From Lama glama (lineage: Eukaryota), in assembly GCA_028534125.1 (NCBI GenBank), contig CM052816.1:14882001-14946000 (forward strand): a stretch of 64,000 nucleotides of DNA. Direction: 5' to 3'. The number at the start of each line of letters is the position of its first letter. Positions within the stretch are counted from its first letter, which is position 1. Position numbers and translations under genes: made by a program. Below are positions 25,531 to 38,288 of this stretch, piece after piece. The notes beneath the pieces are model-generated. The model ran no database searches. It saw nothing but the letters and a program-made list of their open reading frames with translations, and had not been told where the DNA came from.

Positions 25531-26436
25531 ATGGAGTCCAATCCTGCCATCCAAGCCGCCATCGACCTCACCGCGGGGGCCCTCGGGGGCACAGCATGCG
25601 TCCTGACCGGGCAGCCCTTCGACACCATGAAAGTGAAGATGCAGACGTTCCCTGGCTTGTACAAGGGCCTCATCGACTGCTGCTTGAAGACGTACTCCCA
25701 AGTGGGCTTGCGGGGCTTCTACAAGGGGACGGGCCCAGCGCTGATGGCCTATGTCGCAGAGAACTCCGTCCTCTTTATGTGCTACGGCTTCTGCCAGCAG
25801 TTTGTGAGGAAAGTGGTTGGATTGGACAAGCAGGCAAAGTTGAGTGATCTGCAGACTGCGGCCGCGGGTTCCTTCGCCTCTGCGTTTGCCGCGCTGGCCC
25901 TGTGCCCCACTGAGCTTGTGAAGTGCCGGCTGCAGACCATGCACGAGATGGAGATGTCAGGGAGGATAGCAAAAAGCCATAATACAGTCTGGTCCGTCGT
26001 GAAGAGTATCCTTAGAAAGGATGGACCCTTGGGCTTCTACCGTGGACTTTCGAGCACTCTACTTCAAGAAGTACCGGGCTACTTCTTCTTCTTCGGTGGG
26101 TATGAACTGAGCCGATCATTTTTTGCTTCAGGAGGATCCAAAGATGAACTTGGCCCTGTTCCCTTGATGTTAAGTGGTGGTATTGCTGGAATTTGTCTTT
26201 GGCTTGTCATATACCCCGTGGATTGTATCAAATCCAGAATTCAGGTTCTTTCCATGTTTGGAAAACAGGCAGGATTTATCAGAACTCTTGTAAGTGTTGT
26301 GAAAAATGAAGGAGTAGCAACCTTATATTCTGGATTGAAAGCTACTTTGGTTCGAGCGTTCCCTGCCAATGGGTCACTGTTTTTGGCTTATGAATACAGC
26401 AGGAAGATGATGATGAGCCACTTTGAAGCATACTGA
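25531..26436 (+). CDS. SLC25A2: Mitochondrial ornithine carrier 2 (ORNT2/ORC2), intronless retrogene of SLC25A15, 301 aa
   Basis: Three carrier signatures ([24 protein letters not shown]); Q179 characteristic of ORC2; synteny next to TAF7. Confidence 0.96.
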   Translation: MESNPAIQAAIDLTAGALGGTACVLTGQPFDTMKVKMQTFPGLYKGLIDCCLKTYSQVGLRGFYKGTGPALMAYVAENSVLFMCYGFCQQFVRKVVGLDKQAKLSDLQTAAAGSFASAFAALALCPTELVKCRLQTMHEMEMSGRIAKSHNTVWSVVKSILRKDGPLGFYRGLSSTLLQEVPGYFFFFGGYELSRSFFASGGSKDELGPVPLMLSGGIAGICLWLVIYPVDCIKSRIQVLSMFGKQAGFIRTLVSVVKNEGVATLYSGLKATLVRAFPANGSLFLAYEYSRKMMMSHFEAY

Positions 26437-26941
26437 AGTGTCTTGGTGAACTCTGATCCAAGTACACATCTTTGAGGACTACAGTTTATCTCACGGTTTC
26501 ATGGAGCACCGGACCAATGCGGAATTATTTTTGACTTCATGGAAATTTTGTTTTTGTCTTCTCTTCTTATACTCTAAATCTTAAACTTTATGGAAGCACT
26601 TCTATTTTATGTCATATAGTTTCTGCCTATAATTGTATTGAAATAGAAAAGTTGTTGCTCTTATGTTTAGTGGGATATCAGAGTGAGTGGGTGGCTCTAT
26701 GTACTTAATCTCAAAGGGTAAATATAGTTGTACCGGGACTTTTGCATAAATCTGCACATGTGTCTGCAGTTTGGTTGATTATGTGTTGTGAGTAAATCAC
26801 AGTTTGGTTCCATGTTTAATCTCATGTCCCCGTGAAAACAATTAACTATGATTCATGAAGATGGTTATAAATGATTGCTTAATCCATTCAAGATGTAGGG
26901 TCTCTTTAAAACTCTGCTTAACATGTGCACTATACTAGCCA

Positions 26942-26947
26942 ATTAAA
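26942..26947 (+). terminator. Possible SLC25A2 polyA signal
   Basis: ATTAAA followed by T/GT-rich sequence. Confidence 0.45.
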
Positions 26948-27019
26948 AGTTTTTAAAAAGTTTTTGTGTGTGTGAAAACCAAAATACCCATCTTGATTTT
27001 TTTTGCATCTACAGTGTTT

Positions 27020-27376
27020 ATTTTTTATTGATGTAACATTGTTTCATCTATACATTATTTTTCTACTGTATACCCTATAATGTACTCACCACCAAAAATA
27101 TATTTTTCATCCATCACCATAGAGTTGAGCCCCTTTATCCACTTTGCCCTCTTCCCATCCCTCTCCTCTGATAACCACAACTCTGTTCTGTGTAACTACA
27201 TGCTTGTTTTGTTTGGGTTGGGTTTGTTCATTTATTTTGGTTTTTGTTTGTTTTTCATATTCCAGATGAGTGAAATAATACGGTATTTGTCTTTCTCTGT
27301 CTGACTTACTTCACTTACCATAATTCCCTCAAGGTCCATCCGTGATGTTGCAAATGGCAGGATTTCATCTTTTTTC
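27020..27376 (-). mobile_element. L1 3' end fragment
   Basis: gagtgaaataatacggtatttgtctttctctgtctgacttacttcact...gttgcaaatggcaggatttcatc. Confidence 0.7.
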
Positions 27377-27599
27377 CCATCTAGATTTTAAAGAGAATAT
27401 ACCTACATTCTGATGTTGCTTCCACATTCTTGAGTTAAAGTTTCAGATGAGGCATCCTGAATTTCTCCAGGATCCTCTATTCTTAAAATTATGCTGTTCA
27501 TTTTCAAAGTGGGCTCATATTCCACACTCTTAGTTTAATGTGGCCTAGAGCATTAAGCCTTTGGGACATATCCTGGCCCTTATTGTACCAAGTTTCCTT

Positions 27600-29704
27600 C
27601 CTCTCCTCTCCCAAAGAGCCTCCTCTCTGCTGAACTTTAGACTGAGGAAGAAGTGAGGGATGGGGCTGTGCTATGCTTTGATGAAGACCCATGTAGCTCA
27701 CAACAGTTCTTAGCTTCCAGTCTCTGGGTCCTGGCCCCGGGTAGGATTCTGTGATGTACTGTTGGCCCATTTAGGGGATGTTGACCCACTTTAGATCATT
27801 CACTGTTCTCCCTGTCTTCACCAGTCAGAAACCCAGGGAACACAGGGTGCCAAAGCCAAGAGAATGTTTTGTTCGCTGGTGATGATCAAGTGACATTACT
27901 AGTGGATGAAACCCTCTCCTCTCAGACAGAACTAGACAGAACTTACTGCTTGCAGTCCACAATGATTAATGTTAGGGCTGACCCATCCTTAAGTTTACCT
28001 CAGGGTCCATAACTCCTTGTCATTTTTTTTTTTTTACAGAGTTGGAACCCTCTAACTTTGGTACTGGCCATCAGTGAATTTTATTGATGACTACATATAG
28101 GATATGACTTTATAAATCAAACATAAGAAAAGCCGTTTTATTAAACTATGCTATATGTATGTATATAGGCACGGACAAAAACCAAAACCAAAAACCGTAG
28201 TTCATCTGATCCCCACAGACCTGTGATGAGCACCTGTTCTTTGACCCCATGGTCATTCTTGTCATCATTAAGGTAAGCCTCATCATTCCTTGCTGATCCA
28301 GACCAGTAGAGCTTCTTTCATTAAGAAGTGTTCTTAAGCAGCCTGTAAAGCTGAAAACAGGCTGGCTCCCAGTCTTAATATTCCATAGCATGTCTATCAT
28401 TGCTGGCAGAACATAAAACTGACATGGAATCTCTAGTTCCTTCATCTTTTTGCTATTTGTGATGCCTTTGTGGTAACTCTAGCCACATTGCCAGAGGCAA
28501 GAGGGTCAGGGTAATGAGATGTTGACAAATGGGGGCTGCGGCAGACATTTGTGGGAAAGGATGCTCAGTCTTATGCCAGGTAAGCTCCAGAGCAATAGCT
28601 GGTCTTCCATTTATTTTTTCTTTAAAAGAAAACAATTTTCTACTTTACTTTATTTATACATTTAAGTTATATATTACATACATAAATAGTCAGCAGCTAC
28701 TTAGTGGGGCTTCATTCAAGCAGGCCTGGATTAAAGCAGAATGCAGATGGTATTTATTTCTAAGATTTAAATTGATCAAATCCATATTTCTGATGCCTAA
28801 ATCTGAGCTTTGAAAATCCCTGTTTTCAAAGTCTGTGACTCTCTGGTGTCTCTGATCTCTCCAGGTTCATATGGAATGGTCCAGACATCTTCTCTGAGAA
28901 TCTTTTTAGAAAGCAAATTATTTTAGTGTTGGAATTATCATCCAAATCTGCAGCCTGCCTTTTGAACTCCACCATCCATGGTGTTTTTAGCTCCCTCCTA
29001 ATGCCAGCACTTAAATACAGGCTCCTTGTGAATGATGTCCATGATGTTTAAAAGGCAGACTAGACTCTTCTGGTGTCCCTACCTCTTTAAGGTTGGTGGA
29101 GGTCATTGTTCTGATGTTCTTTTTGTTGCAGCAGATATCATGGCTTTTTCAAAACTAGTTCACAACATTGGGCATTGCTGGCTTTAGTCTGCACCTTGAG
29201 ATGAAAAATTTCACAGGTGGGTAAGTAGTTTTGTAGAAAATTGAGATCTGTTAACAATCCTGCACATTCTGTAAGGGAAAAAATTGTCCCCAGAAAGAGT
29301 ATTATTTCTGCTACAGGGAAGCCAGATTAATTGTCTATATAGTGAGAATTTCTGCACCAGCCTAAGTCAGTTTCACTGGGTCCTCCTCAGCAAATTGGAC
29401 TCTCAGCAGACATTAATCAGGGCATCCTTCCATTTAACTTCTTTGCTGATTGATTTACAAATGGCTTTTTGGGTGTGCATTGGGAACAAAGGGTCCCTTC
29501 TGCCTTTAGAAGAATGGAAAACTCTTCTCCACGCTCTGTGTCCCTGATCTAGGTTTTTGGAGATATCGCCCACAAAAGTCCTCCCCTATCTCCTTGGCAC
29601 CAGTCATGGGAATCTTCTCGGACTCAGGTGCTCATTTAGTCGTGAAGAGGCCTCACAGCAGGGTTAGTCTTCAGTTCTGGGCTCAGAGGCTGTTGCGGTG
29701 CCAT
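27600..29704 (-). pseudogene. Near full-length, very degenerate protocadherin variable-exon relic (subfamily unclear)
   Basis: Minus strand: TFVGDISKNLD (about 29545-29580, EC1), FHLKVQTKASNAQCCELVLKKP (about 29140-29207, EC2), AADLDDNSN, GEIR..DFE, APELT in correct order. 3' boundary approximate. Confidence 0.7.
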
Positions 29705-30089
29705 GACTGTCTTCTGTAATGGATTTAAGGATTTTAGCACACTGCTCTTTATTTTTCTATTCTCTCCTTCTCTTTTTACACTTGCCTTTCCACTTCACTT
29801 TGCCATTTGTAGTCAAAGCTGATGCACGTTGATAAGAGCCTTGCTCTATATACAGGCGTTTTTCCTCCTAGTTGATTCCACTCTCTTACCACCTAGAAGT
29901 AGGCAGGAAGGCTCCTGGGTTTCAGGACTTCCACTCCTTGGAAGTCTAAAGGCTTGTTTGAGTTTAAACATTTTTGGCAGGAATACTTCACTGGAGATTC
30001 AGTGTGCTTTCTATTCTATCACATGTGCTGTTTTGTTTTATTTTTATCCTATTGGACCTCAAGTTCACAGAACTGGATTATGATAAACT

Positions 30090-32310
30090 GTCATCATAGT
30101 CCATACATGATCTGCATTTTTTATGTACTTACCTTTCCAATATCATTTAGCTGCTTATCTATATATGTAATTATCTATCAAAATAGTAACAAGAATTTGT
30201 GAACAAATCACCTCCTCACAAAGGAGGACCTTGGTAGTAATCTACATCTAACCATACAAATGGTCCCTCCCACCTCTCCCTGGTCCCCACCAAATGAGGA
30301 TATCATCCAGAATTCTATATGCATCATTCTTTGCTCTTTCAAATGTTTTTCCTGTATTATATGTTACCCCCCCATATATATTTTTCATCTAGTTGTTTTA
30401 AATTTTATAGTAAGGATAAAATAATGTATATGATTCTTTGGTACTTATATTTTTTCACTTAATATTTATTGTTAAAGTCCAATAATCTTGTATTACTGGA
30501 GTTCATTTATTTAGGCTACTGTAAAACATTCCATTTTGTGAATATACCGTAGTTTATTCGTTCCATTGTCAGGCATATGGAATGTTTCCTGATTTTTGCT
30601 CCTATTGCCCATTGTCAATGGAAATATTCTATCTACCTCCTGATGTAAATGTGCAAGAATTTCTCTTGGGTATACAACTAGAAATATAAATTCTGGCACT
30701 CTCAAGTATTTATCTAGGAGTAATTGTTAAATTTAATAGATAATATTCAACTATTCTGCAAAGTACTTGCACTGATTTTCATACTCACAATATATAAGAC
30801 TGAATCTCTTGTAGCCACATGCTTTCCAATATTTGGCATTGTCAGGCGCTTAAAATTTTGTCAAACATGTGTAAAAAAATCTATCTTATCTTGGTTTTGA
30901 TCTGTATTTCTCTCATTACAGCAAAATAATATCCCTTTGTGTGTCTATTTGGTTATATGTTTCTTCTGTGAAAAGTCTGTTCACATCTTTTATCATTTTT
31001 CAATTGTTATTTTTGTTTACATTAGTTTGCAGGAATTCTTTATATATTCTTCATATTAATTCTTTGTCAGTGTGTATATGGTGAGTATCCTCTCCTGGTT
31101 TGTACCTTTTCACATCTTAAAATGTCTGTTGATGAATGAAAGTTCTTGATTTTGTTACAAATGTACTAATCTTTTATTCTATGGTCATTATCTTTTTAAA
31201 GAACTTATTTCTATCCCAAAGTCTAAAATATATTTACCTGTATTTTCCACCAAGAACTTGAAAGTTGTTTTTGTTTTTGATATTTGAGTCTTAGATCCAT
31301 TTGGAGTTGATTTTCAAATTAAGACCCAGTTTAATCTTTTCCTGTATGGATAACCGTTTTTAATTGAACATTTCTCCTTTTTTTCTCCCTATTCTATGGT
31401 AGAATTTGTATAAGATTGGAATTATTTCTTCCTTGAATTATTTGTAGTACTCACAATCAGCTAGTCCACAATTTAAACTTACTTAATAGTTATCATACTC
31501 TTCTGTTTTTTCTAATCTTGATGAATCAGTTTGGTTAATATATTATTCCTAGGAGTTTGTTTATTCCAGTTAATTTTTTAGCTTGTTGGCATAGTTGTGT
31601 GTATAATATTTTATTATTACCTTTTTATTGCCTGTGTCTACAATATTTGAGTTGCTATTCCCATTTCAATTTATGATATTGGTTATTTGTGTCTTCCCTC
31701 TAGTTTTATTGTATATTGCCAGAGATTTGGCAATTTTATTAATGTTTCAAAGAATGGACTTTTAGATATTTTGATTCTCTCTTTTGGATATTTCATTACT
31801 TTCTTTTTAATTATTTTCTTCCTTGTCCTCTTTTGGGTTTATTGTCTTTTGTTTTTTTCATTCTTTGAGTAGGATAATTAACTCATTAATCTTCAGCCTT
31901 CCCCTTTTTCTAATGTATTTATTCCAGGTTATTGGCTTTTCTCTAAATACCGCTTAACTGCATCCTACATGTTTTGTTATGATATATCAAAATAATTCAG
32001 TTCAAAATAACTTCTAATTTGAGTGTGATGCTTTCTTCAACCCACAGGTTATTTTTAATTGAATTTTAACATTTCCAAACATAGGGATATTCTAAACATG
32101 TTTTTTGTTATTAATTTCTAGCTTAATTTCATTGTGGTCAGATTATATGCTCATATAATTTCCCTCTTTAGCTATTGGTTGAAACTTTTTTTGCATACAA
32201 TATAGTCAATTTTTATAAATTATGAAGAAAATAACATGCATTTTATACTTGCTGAATTTGATCCTTATATTTGTTCAGTAAATCAGTTTTCTTGTCTCTA
32301 ATATAATGAT
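30090..32310 (-). mobile_element. Old L1ME-type fragments
   Basis: T-rich antisense L1 3' and ORF2 text. Confidence 0.55.
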
Positions 32311-34637
32311 TGTGCTAAGCCACAGGCTTCCAGGTGCTAAGCCAACCAGCAAATTCATTTGCCACTGCTCAGCTCCTATACCTACCTAACCTTATGTTTA
32401 AGGTTAAGGCTCTGATGATACCAGCCCACGATGAGCACCTCTGATGGCATGATGATCATTTAGTGTCCCATAGTCAGCCACTCAGTCTCTACTAGGGCTC
32501 AGGAGCATGACAGCATCTATATAAACACAGAGAAGTTAATTGCTATAGAAGGCATGGATCTCCACTATAATGTTTGCATTATAATTCTCCTACTGTGGCT
32601 TCCTGGAAACTCCACACAGCATCCTTAACCACCATGGGCATTTCTAGCAACTTCAGATTGACTAGGTCACATTAGATTGGCTAGTATTATAGCCTTGATC
32701 TCCTACATATCTTTTTTCTTACTCCAGGCCCTGCTTAAACCTTGCAGCATTTTGAGTTCCACATATGATATATATTGCCTCTAAAATCTAAAGAGGTCCC
32801 CCAAAACAGTGCCTCTTCCTTAGTGGCAGGGGATGCAAGCAATAACTTGTATTTTACCTCAGGGGAATTTCCTGGCATGCCCAGGCCCCTAGCATCATCT
32901 CTGATGGGGCAGGCCCCTTAATTTTCATGGGGCTAATCTTTTACTCTTTGACATACATGGGCCTGCTAAGTCATCCAGGGTCCTTTTTGTTTACTGCTCA
33001 TTAGGCCCAATTAGCACAATGTCATCAATACAGTAGTCTAACATTATGTTCTGCGGAAGGTTCAATGTTGAGGTCTTTGTGGAGTATGTTACAAAAGAAA
33101 GTGAAAGAGTTCACATAGCTCTGGGGCAAGACAGTGAATGTGTTTTGCTATCCTGTAATGAGTAGATGAACTGCTTCTGACTTCATTCACTGATGGATTT
33201 AAGATGAATGCGTTCATCAGGAAAACAGCCACCTACCAAGTGCTAAAGGTCATATTGATCTACTTCAGTAAAGATAACCACTGGTATGGCAGCTGTAATT
33301 GGAGCAACTAATTGGTTCAGTAAATTGCAGTCCATTGTCATCACTATGAGCCATCATAGTCGGGGTGAATAGGTGAAGTAAATGCGGATATGATGCAGAC
33401 TATTACCTCTGCATGCTTTAAGTTTTAGGATGTAGTGCTAATCTCTGAAATTCTTATTAGGATGCAGTGTTACTTATGATCTACTATCTTGGTTAGGGAA
33501 AGGGAAATTTCAGGTTTTCTGCTGTAATGTTTCTTACTCTACCGGTCAGGGAACAAATGAAAGGGTTTGGCCTTGGAGGTCCCTAAGACCATCCCCAGGT
33601 TTGGTGATTTGCTAGAAAGACTCCTGAGACTCAGCATGTAATCATACTCATGTATATGAGTATGTAAAGGAATACAGTAAAAGGATACAAAGAAAAATCA
33701 GCAAAGGGAAAATGTGCACAGGAGAAAGTCTGGAGGAGAGTAGATACAAACTTCTAAGAATCCTCTCCCCTTGGATTCACATAGAATGTGCTAATTCTTC
33801 CAGCATCAAATTTTAACAATGTATATGAAGTGTTGTCTACCAGGGAAGCTTACCTGAGTCTAGAAATCGAGGGGTTTTATTGGGTGCTGGTCATATGGGC
33901 ATCCCCTGCCTAGCATAAACTACATCGTCTGTATATACAGTTAGGGCACAATAAACCACCTACATCAGTTATGAAATGTTGGGGACACTCCTAAAATCCA
34001 AATCCCAGATGCAAACAAAGGGCCAACCTTGCCAGAAGGTCTTTCTAAGTACAGCAGTTGCAGGTCCTAGATTTGGCCAGTTAAACAAATCTCACTAACC
34101 ATAAAGGCCTATCTTAGAAAGCCAGGTATCTTCCTGCTTCAGTTTTTGTTGTAACCTTTTTACCTGGCCCAAGGCATCAACTCAGACACAGCACAACTCT
34201 GGTTGGTACGTTGAAGCTGACTCAAATGCCTTGTAGGGCAGAGGCAGTATCATGATAGTTCAGTCCAAACAATCCAGTCTGAAAGGGACCTCCCAAGACA
34301 GTCAGTTCCAAGCTGTCTTGCTTGTCTATAATATCAGTTTCTCCACCTCCTGTGTACGGACGACATCTGGAAGCATTCTGCATGGGAAGTGCGGGAGCTG
34401 GAGCCATTCTCTGCTGCCTCATAGTCAGTGCCGCCTGGTGTGGTTGTGGGCTCAGCAGTCCGTTTGAATTCAGAATGCTCACAGCAGTTTAGGAAGGCAG
34501 CCTGTGGAGTTTACCTTCAAGAAGAGAGGGAAGCTTCCAGGAACAGTTCTGAAAAAAAAAAAAGATCATTAATGTCCTCTGAATCTGTGCCTCCCCAGGT
34601 ACTAGATGTATTTTCTTCATTGTTAAAAAACCAGTGT

Positions 34638-34771
34638 GGGGAGGGTATAGCGCAAAGTGGTAGAGCTTATGCTTAGCATGCATGAGGTCCTGGGTTCAAT
34701 CCCCAGTACCTCCCCTAAAAAATCAATCAATCAATCAAATTAATTCCCTCCCCTAAAACAAACAAACAAAC
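34638..34771 (+). mobile_element. Vic-1-like SINE
   Basis: ggggagggtatagcgcaaagtggtagag..gcatgcatgaggtcctgggttcaatccccagtacc; TSD aaacca(g/a)tgt at 34628 and 34772. Confidence 0.85.
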
Positions 34772-34944
34772 AAACCAATGTGTCCCACTCAGCAATTATA
34801 ACTTGATTTTTTTTAGTCATCCCATAGACTTACTCAGATCTTTTGTCTGGAAGGGTTGTATGCAAAAGGGTCAGAGGCATTTTCACAGAAAACATTTTTA
34901 TGTAACTTAACTTATTAAGAAATTTGTATTGAAGTATAGCTGAT

Positions 34945-35085
34945 TTTCTTTTCTTTCTTTTTTTGTTTGTTTTTTTTGGGGGGGTGGTAATTAGGTTTAT
35001 TTATTTAATGGAAGTACTGGGGATTGAACCCCAGGACCTTGTGTATGCTAAGCACGCAATTTACCACTGAGCTGTACCCTCCCCA
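34945..35085 (-). mobile_element. Vic-1-like SINE
   Basis: Reverse complement of the same family: gtactggggattgaacc...ccactgagctgtaccctcccc, T-rich tail. Confidence 0.85.
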
Positions 35086-36949
35086 CTTATATAACTTAAT
35101 TTAGAAAGTCATATTGTGTTAAGGAATTGGTCATGATGATAGACTAAATTTTCAAAGGATTTCAAAATGGATTTACACAGATCAATCTCTTTCTGGAAAC
35201 AATTATATTTAAAAGTCAAATTGCCTTAATAAGATGTGTGTGCCAGGAAAAAGGTAAGGGAAATAAGTCACACTATCAGTTCACTGAGGGAAACTGCAGC
35301 CAATCTAGAAATCTGAACCTAAGTCAGCAGCACTAAAACATCCCCCCCATTAGGGGTCCAGAGTCTGATCTGTCCGTACTGGGTGGAGGGGTCACAGTTG
35401 TTGTGATGTGCCTTCCCTTAGCTTGCAGCTTTCCACAGTACTCACAAGTTAGAAATGCAGTCTCTGTATCTCCCTCTACATCAGAAACATAGAGATAATT
35501 AGCAACTTGATTTCAGACGGCTTCATCAGAAAATTAGCCCTTTCCTGTGGGCATCTATAAGTGGCTCAAATGGTCCAGGCAGCATCCATGATATTGTCAC
35601 TGTTTAAGGCCCCACAAAGGGGTAACCTCAATCTGCAACAGTCACAGAGTCCATGATCCCTTTATTGACCCTGGGCCTGCTTTCCATTTAGCACAGCTCA
35701 TACTAAAACTGAAATGGCTCTTAGAAGGTAGTATCAGATTTTAGCTTAGGGTCAGGCCCAGGCAATTAGGATCTGTGAATTCAGAATTCCAAGAAAGCCA
35801 GTGAGTAGTGAGGGACAGTGGAAATGTTCCTCAAATTCAAGTTTCCAGATAACAGCCAAGGCCAATCTTGCAAGCATGGTTTTCTAGGGTTAGAGTATTA
35901 GGCCTGCCACAGTAACTCTTTTTTGCACAGGGTTCTTCCAGCTGATGAGTGTATCTATTCCAATTGAACACTCAGGGACCTGGGAAATAATCACATGGCA
36001 GGTCTGTGGATTCTTTGAACCCATTTTGAAATGGATATGGGCCTAAATTCCATTCATCTCTTGATCTATATAACCCTCTGTTATAACTGGAGGACCATTA
36101 TGGTATTTTAGGTCACCTCTTATCAGAGGCTTCTCAAGAACTGTATGTCACCTGCCTTGAGATGTCTGGGTAATCCACTTTCCCAAGTGCAGTTACCCAG
36201 GCAAAAGGTATAAAATCTCAGTAAAATGGAATCTCTGACCCAAGGGTGAACTTAGTTTGACCGTGTTCTTCCCCTGAGTGTATAAGAGTGCCCTGGGTAA
36301 ACCCAAATTCACTCAGGTTGAACCTAGGCTGAAAAGTAGAAATACTTCATGTTTAAAGTATGGAGGCTAAGAAATGCTTTGAACTTCGGCATATCTAACG
36401 TGCATGTAAAAGCTATAGATTCTTAATGAAAATGGATTCATTATAAATAACTTGAGACAAGATTTTGCATCTTAGGTATATCCTTGAGGATCACAGGAGG
36501 TAGATTTTCCAATCTCAATGAACATATCCTGAAGATATAAGAATATGCTTGTGGAAATACTGATTGAAGAGTCTTAAGGACTCTTAAGGTAAACAGAAAG
36601 TGCTACGTGTCAAAGTTCTTAAGAAATAAAAGTGGCATATCTGTCCCCAGAGAACTCCTTTACATATGCATACTCATCTAGCAAAAAAAAAAAACCAGGA
36701 TTCTGATCAGAAGATGGCAGGAGGTATTATAGAATTTAAAATTCAGAGTTAATTACAACTTTAAGTTTTTTTATCTATGTTTATTCTGTATTTATCATGT
36801 TAAAATTATAATGTATTTTAATATGTGTAAATCTGTACTTAAAGACAAGAATTTGATTCTTCTAAGAGTTATGACATTTGAGTTCTATATTTATGTAAAT
36901 GGATTATCAACTAGAGAAAGTTATAAAAGGATGTTTAATTTGGTCTCAA

Positions 36950-37447
36950 TGTATTATAGGAAAGGAAAAACACCTTTTCCTCTATAATTCTAAGTTCTTA
37001 TCTGCGACCCATGTAACAAAGACACATTAACAAGAATAAAGCATAAAAACTTATTTAAGTTTTATGTGACTTGGGACCTTCATAAGGAAATGCACACTGG
37101 AAGAAATAGTTAAACCTGAGTGTTTTTATATTAGTTTTGACGAAGAAGGGAAAGTCATGGGAAAACACATTAAGATGAAAGGTTTGAGCTGAGTATAATA
37201 AACTGGAGGAATTTAGCAAGGCCTCTTTGTTCAGATTCCTCTCTATGTCCCTTTGTCTTCAGAGATAAGGATGCACTTTTCCTCCAGGTATAGAGGAACC
37301 CCCACCTCGGCCAAATTGAGGGTTTTATGACCTGCTTCAGGGGAGGGCCAGAAAGTCCTTCATGCACATGCCATTTCTCAAATTCCTTCAGCTTAAAATA
37401 TTCAGTATGCTAAGGTGTTTTGGGGTAGTGTATCCTGAACCCCATCA
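36950..37447 (-). mobile_element. Solo ERV1-type LTR (MER34-like)
   Basis: Minus strand begins TGATGGGGTTCAGGATACACTACCCCAAAA...tattttaagctgaaggaatttgag. Confidence 0.6.
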
Positions 37448-38288
37448 ATATATTTGGAAAAGATATACTCCAAGCAGCCAATTAATTAAAGCCATTTAAA
37501 ATTATTTGATTAATTTTAAAATATAAATCTTATGTTGATAAAAGACATAAAACAACTTATTTTGAAACTTGTATTTGGAAGAATGGCTACATGTGTTTTT
37601 ACATGAGAAGCTAAAATGTAATGTATTTATCTATTTAAAGATAAATCTCTAAGCATTAAAGCTAATATGCTTTCATGAGTTAAAAAGTTTTATCTAACCA
37701 TTTTGCTTTTCAGTAATTTTATAGAGGTGGTGCTGGCTCAGGCACTGAGGGCAGGAAGGCAAATCCATGTCCAGAATAAACGTCTATGTCAATGAGGTCA
37801 AATCACTGCCTTGGCCATGAGTCCAGGGTAATTAACCTGACATCCAGTGGCTGGCTATCTCCCTAGGGTATGGACTTGACATTGGTCTCTGCTGATGACA
37901 GATTGGCACACAGCAATGTTGGTGGTAACCACATCTCTTGGTGAAGAGATGTTCATTTTGTTGAACCTATCTATTGTATAATGTCCTTCCCCCCGCCATG
38001 GTCACTTTGTACATGGCCCATCAAATGCTAGCATAGTGGGGAAGGGCTGTTCAATATCTTATGGATTAAACATTTAATATTTGTAAAGTGCTAAGAACTA
38101 TGCTTGTCACATAGTAAGCATTATGTAAGTGTTTTTAAAGCACAAAGCCACATAATTGAACTTTCTAATTTCAGTTTTAAAATTCACAACTGTGGTGTTG
38201 AGCATTTAGGGAGCATTCATATGAGGCACATATATCTACACACTCTGCCCCATTCTGAGACAGTTCTATAAACATCTCTCTCACCCAG

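Larger units (their letters stand above)
32330..36200 (-). mobile_element. Degenerate ERVL internal fragments with an inserted LTR (about 33565-34050) and other interruptions
   Basis: RT-like DYCIDDIVLI on minus at about 33010-33040; further pol/protease-like text to about 36200. Confidence 0.55.

Noticed and set aside
25284..25972. Overlapping 187-aa, 179-aa and shorter ORFs at SLC25A2
   Set aside because: Alternative-frame or antisense shadows of a GC-rich CDS
34170..34560. Coding-looking stretch, possible processed-pseudogene fragment
   Set aside because: No recognisable protein in the frames I read; needs BLAST
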